Source of the DNA: Paragordius varius
Taxonomy: Eukaryota; Animalia; Nematomorpha
Assembly: GCA_964247055.1 (NCBI GenBank)
Contig: OZ176056.1
Span: 9,114,001-9,178,000 of the forward strand
Direction of reading: 5' to 3'
DNA length: 64,000 nucleotides
How positions within the stretch are numbered: position 1 is the stretch's first letter; each line of letters opens with the position of its first letter. The position numbers were made by a program, and so were the translations under genes. Of this stretch, positions 15,001-26,371 are shown piece after piece. The notes under the pieces are model-generated. The model saw nothing but the letters and a program-made list of their open reading frames with translations, was not told the origin of the DNA and searched no databases.

Positions 15001-18000
15001 AGGTGGCATTTTACGGGGGGAGCGGGTAAAAAGAGGCCCTAAATCAAAAAAGTGAGTCGACTATGTTCGGCGCAATCGAAATTAACTAAATAAAAATCAT
15101 ATTTGAAATTGAATGGTCCAACACGTTCTCCGGAAAATTCTCTCAAAGACACGATTTTTGTGGACGTCTTTTTTCAAAAAAACCCATTTTTCACATGGGG
15201 TTGGCCCGAACTGGGGGTCTATTTCAAAAAACGGGCGAAGCTATTGTCGGGGCATTCATTCAAGATTATATTTTTTCGATGTTTGGATTTAAATAGGTCT
15301 ACCGGTTTTCCTGTAGCAGATCACAAAGCCAGCATTTTCCATTTTTATAAATATATAGATTACTATAAATAATGTTTTGTTATCCATATATCTTTTAACA
15401 TCCTATACATATGATAGATACTCCTTACTCAGCAGCTATCGTCAAAGAAACGCTTGACTAAAATTTTTGCCTTTTAAGAGGGAATACTAAAAATCGTTAC
15501 CGAATTTTTACAGTCACATACCTTGGGCAGAAAAACAATCAAAAAATTATTTTTGTGGACTTTGTTTTTTTTTGAAAAAGGTGGCATTTTACGGGGGGAG
15601 CGGGTAAAAAGAGGGACTAAGTTAAAAAAGCGAGACGACTATGTTCGGCGCAATCGAAATTAACTAAATAAAAATCATATTTGAAATTGAATGGTCCAAC
15701 ACTTTCTCCGGAAAATTCTCTCAAAGACACGATTTTTGTGGACGTCTGTTTTCAAAAAAAACCATTTTTCACATGGGGTGGGCCCGAACTGGGGGCCTAT
15801 TTCAAAAAAACGGGCGAAGCTATTGACGGGGCATTCATTCAAGATTATATTTTTTCGATGTTTGTATTTGAATGGGTCTACCGGTTTTCCTGTAGCAGAT
15901 CACAAAGCCAGCATTTTCCATTTTTATAAATATATAGATTTCTATAAATAATGTTTTATTATCCATATATCTTTTAACATCCTATCCATATGATAGATAC
16001 TCCTTACTCAGCAGCTATCGTCAAAGAAACGCTTGACTAAAATTTTTGCCTTTTAAGAAGGAATACTAAAAATCCTTATCGAATTTTTACAGTCTCATAC
16101 CTTGGGCAGAAAAACAATCAAAAAATTATTTTTGTGTACTTTGTTTTTTTTTGAAAAAGATGGCATTTTACGGGGGGAGCGGGTAAAAAGAGGGACTAAG
16201 TTAAAAAAGCGAGACGACTATGTTCGGCGCAATCGAAAATAACTAAATAAAAATCATATTTGAAATTGAATGGTCCAACACGTTCTCCGGAAAATTCTCT
16301 CAAAGACACGATTTTTGTGGGCGTCTGTTTTCAAAAAAAACCGTTTTTCACACGGAGTGAGCCCGAACTGGGGGCCTATTTCAAAAAACGGGCGAAGCTA
16401 TTGTCGGGGCATTCATTCAAGATTATATTTTTTCGATATTTGGATTTGAATGGGTCTACCGGTTTTCCTGTAGCAGATCACAAAGCCAACATTTTCCATT
16501 TTTATAAATATATAGATTTCTATAAATAATGTTTTATTATCCATATATCTTTTAACATCCTATACATATGATAGATACTCCTTACTCAGCAGCTATCGTC
16601 AAAGAAACGCTTGACTAAAATTTTTGCCTTTTAAGAAGGAATACTAAAAATCCTTATCGAATTTTTACAGTCTCATACCTTGGGCAGAAAAACAATCAAA
16701 AAATTATTTTTGTGGACTTTGTTTTTTTTTGAAAAAGATGGCATTTTACGGGGGGAGCGGGTAAAAAGAGGGACTAAGTTAAAAAAGCGAGACGACTATG
16801 TTCGGCGCAATCGAAAATAACTAAATAAAAATCATATTTGAAATTGAATGGTCCAACACGTTCTCCGGAAAATTCTCTCAAAGACACGATTTTTGTGGGC
16901 GTCTGTTTTCAAAAAAAACCGTTTTTCACACGGAGTGAGCCCGAACTGGGGGCCTATTTCAAAAAACGGGCGAAGCTATTGTCGGGGCATTCATTCAAGA
17001 TTATATTTTTTCGATATTTGGATTTGAATGTGTCTACCGGTTTTCCTGTAGCAGATCACAAAGCCAGCATTTTCCATTTTTATAATTATAGATTACTATA
17101 AATAATGTTTTATTATCCATATATTTTTCAACATCCTATACATATGATAGATACTCCTTACTCAGCAGCTATCGTCAAAGAAACGCTTGACTAAAATTTT
17201 TGCCTTTTAAGAAGGAATACTAAAAATACTTATCGAATTTTTACAGTCTCATACCTTGGGCAGAAAAACAATCAAAAAATTATTTTTGTGGACTTTGTTT
17301 TTTTTTGAAAAAGGTGGCATTTTACGGGGGGAGCGGGTAAAAAGAGGGACTAAGTTAAAAAAGCGAGACGACTATGTTCGGCGCAATCGAAAATAACTAA
17401 ATAAAAATCATATTTGAAATTGAATGGTCCAACACGTTCTCCGGAAAATTCTCTCAAAGACACGATTTTTGTGGACGTCTGTTTTCAAAAAAAAACGTTT
17501 TTCACACGGAGTGAGCCCGAACTGGGGGCCTATTTCAAAAAACGGGCGAAGCTATTGTCGGGGCATTCATTCAAGATTATACTTTTTCGATATTTGGATT
17601 TGAATGGGTCTACCGGTTTTCCTGTAGCAGATCACAAAGCCAGCATTTTCCATTTTTATAAATATAGATTACTATAAATAATGTTTTATTATCCATATAT
17701 TTTTCAACATCCTATACATATGATAGATACTCCTTACTCAGCAGCTATCGTCAAAGAAACGCTTGACTAATATTTTTGCCATTTAAGAAGGAATACTAAA
17801 AATCCTTATCGAATTTTTACAGTCTCATACCTTGGGCAGAAAAACAATCAAAAAATTATTTTTGTGGACTTTGTTTTTTTTTTGAAAAAGGTGGCATTTT
17901 GTGGGAGCGGGTAAAAAGAGGGACTAAGTTAAAAAAGCGAGACGACTATGTTTGGCGCAATCGAAAATAACTAAATAAAAATCATATTTGAAATTGAATG

Positions 18001-21000
18001 GTCCAACACGTTCTCCGGAAAATTGTCTCAAAGACACGATTTTTGTGGACGTCTGTTTTCAAAAACACACCCATTTTTCACACGGGGTAGGCCCGAACTG
18101 GGGGCCTATTTCAAAAACACGGGCGAAGCTATTGACGGGGCATTCATTCAAGATTATATTTTTTCGATGTTTGTATTTGAATGGATCTACCGGTTTTCCT
18201 GTAGCAGATCACAAAGCCAGCATTTTCCATTTTTATAAATATATAGATTTCTATAAATAATGTTTTATTATCCATATATCTTTTAACATCCTATACATAT
18301 GATAGATACTCCTTACTCAGCAGCTATCGTCAAAGAAACGCTTGACTAAAATTTTTGCCTTTTAAGAAGGAATACTAAAAATCCTTATCGAATTTTTACA
18401 GTCTCATACCTTGGGGAGAAAAACAATCAAAAAATTATTTTTGTGGACTTTGTTTTTTTTTTGAAAAAGGTGGTTTACGGGGGGAGCGGGTAAAAAGAGG
18501 GACTAAGTTAAAAAAGCGAGACGACTATGTTCGGCGCAATCGAAAATAACTAAATAAAAATTATATTAGAAATTGGATGATCCAACACGTTCTCCGGAAA
18601 ATTGTCTCAAAGACACGATTTTTGTGGACGTCTGTTTTCAAAAAAACCCATTTTTCACACGGGGTGGGCCCGAACTGTGGGCCTATTTCAAAAAACGGGT
18701 GAAGCTATTGTCGGGGCATTCATTCAAGATTATATTTTTTCGATGTTTGTATTTGAATGGGTCTACCGGTTTTCCTGTAGCAGATCACAAAGCCAGCATT
18801 TTCCATTTTTATAAATATATAGATTTCTATAAATAATGTTTTATTATCCATATATCTTTTAACATCCTATACATATGATAGATACTCCTTACTCAGCAGC
18901 TATCGTCAAAGAAACGCTTGACTTAAATTTTTGCCTTTTAAGAAGGAATACTAAAAATCCTTATCGAATTTTTACAGTCTCATACCTTGGGGAGAAAAAC
19001 AATCAAAAAATTATTTTTGTGGACTTTGTTTTTTTTTTGAAAAAGGTGGTTTACGGGGGGAGCGGGTAAAAAGAGGGACTAAGTTAAAAAAGCGAGACGA
19101 CTATGTTCGGCGCAATCGAAAATAACTAAATAAAAATTATATTAGAAATTGGATGATCCAACACGTTCTCCGGAAATTTGTCTCAAAGACACGATTTTTG
19201 TGGACGTCTGTTTTCAAAAAAACCCATTTTTCACACGGGGTGGGCCCGAACTGTGGGCCTATTTCAAAAAACGGGTGAAGCTATTGTCGGGGCATTCATC
19301 CAAGATTATATTTTTTCGATGTTTGGATTTGAATGGGTCTACCGGTTTTCCTGTAGCAGATCACAAAGCCAGCATTTTCCATTTTTATAAATATATAGAT
19401 TACTATAAATAATGTTTTATTATCCATATATCTTTTAACATCCTATACATATGATAGATACTCCTTACTCAGCAGCTATCATCAAAGAAACGGTGGACTA
19501 AAATTTTTGCCTTTTAACAGGGAATACGTGGAATCCACATTGAATTTTTACGGTCTCATACCTTAGGCAAAAAATCGATTAAAAAAATATTTTTGTGGAC
19601 TTTGTTTTTTTTGAAAAAGGTGGCATTTTACGGGGGGAGCGGGTAAAAAGAGAGACTAATTTTAAAAAGCGAGACGACTATGTTCGGCGCAATCGAAAAT
19701 AACTAAATAAAAATTATATTAGAAATTGGATGGTCCAACACGTTCTCCGGAAAATTGTCTCAAAGACACGATTTTTGTGAACGTCTGTTTTCAAAAACAC
19801 ACCCATTTTTCACACGGGGTGGGCCCGAACTGGGGGCCTATTTCAAAAAAACGGGCGAAGCTATTGACGGGGCATTCATTCAAGATTATATTTTTTCGAT
19901 GTTTGTATTTGAATGGGTCTACCGGTTTTCCTGTAGCAGATCACAAAGCCAGCATTTTCCATTTTTATAAATATATAGATTTCTATAAATAATGTTTTAT
20001 TATCCATATATCTTTTAACATCCTATACATATGATAGATACTCCTTACTCAGCAGCTATCGTCAAAGAAACGCTTGACTAAAATTTTTGCCTTTTAAGAA
20101 GGAATACTAAAAATCCTTATCGAATTTTTACAGTCTCATACCTTGGGCAGAAAAACAATCAAAAAATTATTTTTGTGGACTTTTTTTTTGAAAAAGATGG
20201 CATTTTACGGGGGGAGCGGGTAAAAAGAGGGACTAAGTTAAAAAAGCGAGACGACTATGTTCGGCGCAATCGAAAATAACTAAATAAAAATCATATTTGA
20301 AATTGAATGGTCCAACACGTTCTCCGGAAAATTCTCTCAAAGACACGATTTTTGTGGGCGTCTGTTTTCAAAAAAAACCGTTTTTCACACGGAGTGAGCC
20401 CGAACTGGGGGCCTATTTCAAAAAACGGGCGAAGCTATTGTCGGGGCATTCATTCAAGATTATATTTTTTCGATATTTGGATTTGAATGGGTCTACCGGT
20501 TTTCCTGTAGCAGATCACAAAGCCAGCATTTTCCATTTTTATAAATATATAGATTTCTATAAATAATGTTTTATTATCCATATATCTTTTAACATCCTAT
20601 ACATATGATAGATACTCCTTACTCAGCAGCTATCGTCAAAGAAACGCTTGACTAAAATTTTTGCCTTTTAAGAAGGAATACTAAAAATCCTTATCGAATT
20701 TTTACAGTCTCATACCTTGGGCAGAAAAACAATCAAAAAATTATTTTTGTGGACTTTGTTTTTTTTTTGAAAAAGATGGCATTTTACGGGGGGAGCGGGT
20801 AAAAAGAGGGACTAAGTTAAAAAAGCGAGACGACTATGTTCGGCGCAATCGAAAATAACTAAATAAAAATCATATTTGAAATTGAATGGTCCAACACGTT
20901 CTCCGGAAAATTCTCTCAAAGACACGATTTTTGTGGGCGTCTGTTTTCAAAAAAAACCGTTTTTCACACGGAGTGAGCCCGAACTGGGGGCCTATTTCAA

Positions 21001-24000
21001 AAAACGGGCGAAGCTATTGTCGGGGCATTCATTCAAGATTATATTTTTTCGATATTTGGATTTGAATGTGTCTACCGGTTTTCCTGTAGCAGATCACAAA
21101 GCCAGCATTTTCCATTTTTATAATTATAGATTACTATAAATAATGTTTTATTATCCATATATTTTTCAACATCCTATACATATGATAGATACTCCTTACT
21201 CAGCAGCTATCGTCAAAGAAACGCTTGACTAAAATTTTTGCCTTTTAAGAAGGAATACTAAAAATACTTATCGAATTTTTACAGTCTCATACCTTGGGCA
21301 GAAAAACAATCAAAAAATTATTTTTGTGGACTTTGTTTTTTTTTTTGAAAAAGGTGGCATTTTACGGGGGGAGCGGGTAAAAAGAGGGACTAAGTTAAAA
21401 AAGCGAGACGACTATGTTCGGCGCAATCGAAAATAACTAAATAAAAATCATATTTGAAATTGAATGGTCCAACACGTTCTCTGGAAAATTCTCTCAAAGA
21501 CACGATTTTTGTGGACGTCTGTTTTCAAAAAAAAACGTTTTTCACACGGAGTGAGCCCGAACTGGGGGCCTATTTCAAAAAACGGGCGGGGCTATTGTCG
21601 GGGCATTCATTCAAGATTATACTTTTTCGATATTTGGATTTGAATGGGTCTACCGGTTTTCATGTAGCAGATCACCAAGCCAGCATTTTCCATTTTTATA
21701 AATATAGATTACTATAAATAATGTTTTATTATCCATATATTTTTCAACATCCTATACATATGATAGATACTCCTTACTCAGCAGCTATCGTCAAAGAAAC
21801 GCTTGACTAATATTTTTGCCATTTAAGAAGGAATACTAAAAATCCTTATCGAATTTTTACAGTCTCATACCTTGGGCAGAAAAACAATCAAAAAATTATT
21901 TTTGTGGACTTTGTTTTTTTTTGAAAAAGATGGCATTTTACGGGGGGAGCGGGTAAAAAGAGGGACTAAGTTAAAAAAGCGAGACGACTATGTTCGGCGC
22001 AATCGAAAATAACTAAATAAAAATCATATTTGAAATTGAATGGTCCAACACGTTCTCCGGAAAATTCTCTCAAAGACACGATTTTTGTGGGCGTCTGTTT
22101 TCAAAAAAAACCGTTTTTCACACGGAGTGAGCCCGAACTGGGGGCCTATTTCAAAAAACGGGCGAAGCTATTGTCGGGGCATTCATTCAAGATTATATTT
22201 TTTCGATATTTGGATTTGAATGTGTCTACCGGTTTTCCTGTAGCAGATCACAAAGCCAGCATTTTCCATTTTTATAATTATAGATTACTATAAATAATGT
22301 TTTATTATCCATATATTTTTCAACATCCTATACATATGATAGATACTCCTTACTCAGCAGCTATCGTCAAAGAAACGCTTGACTAAAATTTTTGCCTTTT
22401 AAGAAGGAATACTAAAAATACTTATCGAATTTTTACAGTCTCATACCTTGGGCAGAAAAACAATCAAAAAATTATTTTTGTGGACTTTGTTTTTTTTTTT
22501 GAAAAAGGTGGCATTTTACGGGGGGAGCGGGTAAAAAGAGGGACTAAGTTAAAAAAGCGAGACGACTATGTTCGGCGCAATCGAAAATAACTAAATAAAA
22601 ATCATATTTGAAATTGAATGGTCCAACACGTTCTCCGGAAAATTCTCTCAAAGACACGATTTTTGTGGACGTCTGTTTTCAAAAAAAAACGTTTTTCACA
22701 CGGAGTGAGCCCGAACTGGGGGCCTATTTCAAAAAACGGGCGAAGCTATTGTCGGGGCATTCATTCAAGATTATACTTTTTCGATATTTGGATTTGAATG
22801 GGTCTACCGGTTTTCATGTAGCAGATCACAAAGCCAGCATTTTCCATTTTTATAAATATAGATTACTATAAATAATGTTTTATTATCCATATATTTTTCA
22901 ACATCCTATACATATGATAGATACTCCTTACTCAGCAGCTATCGTCAAAGAAACGCTTGACTAATATTTTTGCCATTTAAGAAGGAATACTAAAAATCCT
23001 TATCGAATTTTTACAGTCTCATACCTTGGGCAGAAAAACAATCAAAAAATTATTTTTGTGGACTTTGTTTTTTTTTTGAAAAAGGTGGCATTTTGTGGGA
23101 GCGGGTAAAAAGAGGGACTAAGTTATAAAAGCGAGACGACTATGTTTGGCGCAATCGAAAATAACTAAATAAAAATCATATTTGAAATTGAATGGTCCAA
23201 CACGTTCTCCTGAAAATTGTCTCAAAGACACGATTTTTGTGGACGTCTGTTTTCAAAAACACACCCATTTTTCACACGGGGTAGGCCCGAACTGGGGGCC
23301 TATTTCAAAAACACGGGCGAAGCTATTGACGGGGCATTCATTCAAGATTATATTTTTTCGATGTTTGTATTTGAATGGATCTACCGGTTTTCCTGTAGCA
23401 GATCACAAAGCCAGCATTTTCCATTTTTATAAATATATAGATTTCTATAAATAATGTTTTATTATCCATATATCTTTTAACATCCTATACATATGATAGA
23501 TACTCCTTACTCAGCAGCTATCCTCAAAGAAACGGTGGATTAAAATTTTTGCCTTTTAACAGGGAATACGTGGAACCCATATTGAATTTTTACGGTCTCA
23601 TACCTTAGGCAAAAAATCGATTAAAAAAATATTTTTGTGGACTTTGTTTTTTGAAAAAGGTGGCATTTTACGGGAGCGGGTAAAAAGAGGCCCTAAATCA
23701 AAAATGTGAGTCGACTATGTTCAGCGCGAACGAAAATAAGCAAAAATTATATTTGAAATTGGATGGTCCAACACGTTCTCCGGAAAATTGTCTCAAAGAC
23801 ACGATTTTTGTGGACGTCTGTTTTCAAAAAAAAACCCATTTTTCACACGGGGTGGGCAGGAACTGGGGGCCTATTTCAAAAAACGGGCGAAGCTATTGTC
23901 GGGGCATTCATTCAAGATTATATTTTTTCTTGGATTTGAATGGGTCTACCGGTTTTCCTGTAGCAGATCACAAAGCCAGCATTTTCCATTTTTATAAATA

Positions 24001-25993
24001 TATAGATTACTATAAATAATGTTTTATTATCCATATATCTTTTAACATCCTATACATATGATAGATACTCCTTACTCAGCAGCTATCGTCAAAGAAACGC
24101 TTGACTAAAATTTTTGCCTTTTAAGAGGGAATACGAAAAATCCTTATCGAATTTTTACAGTCTCATACCTTGGGCAGAAAAACAATCAAAAAATTATTTT
24201 TGTGGATTTTGTTTTTTTTGAAAAAGGTGGCATTTTACGGGGGGAGCGGGTAAAAAGAGGGACTAAGTTAAAAAAGCGAGACGACTATGTTCGGCGCAAT
24301 CGAAAATAACTAAATAAAAATCATATTTGAAATTTAATGGTCCAACACGTTCTCCGGAAAATTCTCTCAAAGACACGATTTTTGTAGACGTCTGTTTTCA
24401 AAAAAACCAATTTTTCACATGGGGTGGGCCCGAACTGGGGGCCTATATCAATAAACGGGCGAAGCTATTGTCGAGGCATTCATTCAAGATTATCTTTTTT
24501 CGATGTTTGGATTTGAATGGGTCTACCGGTTTTCCTGTAGCAGATCACAAAGCCAGCATTTTCCATTTTTATAAATATATAGATTACTATAATTAATGTT
24601 TTATTATCCATATATCTTTTAACATCCTATACATATGATAGATACTCCTTACTCAGCAGCTATCATCAAAGAAACGCCTGAGTAAATTTTTGCCTTTTAA
24701 GAGGTAATACTAAAAATCCTTATCAAATTTTTACAGGCTCATACCTTGGGCAAAAAAATACAATCAAAAAATTATTTTTGTGGACTTTGTTTTTTTTGAA
24801 AAAAATGGCATTTTACGGGGGTAGCGGGTAAAAAGAGGGTCAAAATCAAAAAAGTGAGTCGACTATGTTCAGCGCGATCAAAAATAAGTAAACAAAAATC
24901 ATATTTGTGAATGGTCCAACACCTTCTCCAAAAAATTGACTTAACCCCTTTTTCACACAGGTTAGGCCCGAACTGGGGACCTAATTCCAAAAAAGGGCGA
25001 AGCTGTTGTCGGGACATTTATTAAAGATTATATTTTTTCGATATTTGGATTTGATTGGGTTCACAGGTTTTCCGTAATCAGATCACAAAGTTACATGAAA
25101 AATCAGTTTTTAGCGGGTAGCTTCTTACCCAGCAGCTATCATCAAAGAAACGGTGGACTAAAATTTTTGCCTTTCAACAGAGAATACGTGGAATCCATAT
25201 TGAATTTTTACAGTCTCATACCTTGGGCAGAAAAACAATCAAAAAATTATTTTTGTGGACTTTGTTTTTTTTTTGAAAAAGGTGGCATTTTACGGGGGGA
25301 GCGGGTAAAAAGAGGGACTAAGTTAAAAAAGCGAGACGACTATGTTCGGCGCAATCGAAAATAACTAAATAAAAATCATATTTGAAATTAGTCCAACACG
25401 TTCTCCGGAAAATTGTCTCAAAGACACGATTTTTGTGATCCAAATATCGAAAAAATATAATCTTTAATAAATGTCCTGACAATAGCTTCGCCCTTTTTTG
25501 GAATTAGGTCCCCAGTTCAAGCCCACCCCATGTGAAAAATGGGTTTTTTTTTGAAAACAGTGATTGGTTCACCGGTTTTTCGGAAACAGATCACAAAGTT
25601 ACATGAAAAATCAGTTTATAGCCTGTAACTCCTTACCCAGCAGCTATCATCAAAGAAACGGTAGACTAAAATTTTTGCCTTTTAACAAGGAATACGTGGA
25701 ATCCATATTGAATTTTTACGGTCTCATACCTTAGGCAAAAAATCGATTAAAAAATATTATTGTCAACTTTGTTTTTTGAAAAAGGTGGCATTTTACGGGG
25801 GGAGCGGGTAAAAAGAGGGCCTACGTTAAAAAAGCGAGACGACTATGTTCGGCGCAATCGAAAATAACTAAATAAAAATCATATTTGAAATTGAATAGTC
25901 CCACCACGATTTTTGTGGACTTCTGTTTTCAAAAAAAAAGTTTGGATTTGAGGTCTACCGTTTTTAGATATATACACCTGTACAATCACAAAG
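1..25993. repeat. Tandem satellite array, ~575-bp monomer (43 near-full + 3 degenerate copies; the array continues upstream of the window)
   Basis: The anchor TTACTCAGCAGCTATC(A/G)TCAAAGAAAC recurs at 1, 565, 1143, 1705, 2276, 2847, 3426, 3997 ... 23507, 24072, 24649, then degenerately at 25125 and 25633. Spacing is 562-580 bp up to 24649. The last recognisable satellite motif (TCACAAAG) ends at 25993. Confidence 0.98.
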
Positions 25994-26212
25994 CAATCAG
26001 TTATAAAATGATTACAATTGATCTAATAAATTATATTTTAATGGTAAATAACGGATTGGTTATGTTTTGTAATAACAGTTGTTAATTATATTTTTAACTA
26101 TTTCACTGTTTATAAGGTTTTCTAAATTACCATGACCTTAATGACAAACAAACTCCTGACCAATAACAAATCTGTTTTAAATTCACAGAAGCCTGGTAAA
26201 GAATAAGAGGCA

Positions 26213-26218
26213 TTTATT
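26213..26218 (-). promoter_or_regulatory. Candidate poly(A) signal of the M13 peptidase
   Basis: TTTATT on + (AATAAA on -), ~155 nt past the stop codon. Weak evidence in such AT-rich DNA. Confidence 0.3.
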
Positions 26219-26371
26219 TAATATATATTATTATAAATAATAAATTAATGTGTTGATATATGAGATTCAATTTAATTCAATTCTCAATGATTTAAGTGAT
26301 TGGTAATTAGTTGATCATTAGGCTATGCATTGATTGTTCAGTGAGTGAGAAACCTCAAATACCTTAAAGTT

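Noticed and set aside
1-25993. CRISPR-like or rDNA/5S/histone tandem array
   Set aside because: There are no unique spacers, the unit is far too long for CRISPR, and I recognise no rRNA, snRNA or histone sequence in the monomer.
63-26085. About 70 near-identical 60-104 aa ORFs (MKLNGPTRSPEN..., MVQHVLRK...)
   Set aside because: They are by-products of the satellite. Most start at TTG/GTG, homopolymer indels switch frames freely between copies, and there is no recognisable domain or splice structure.
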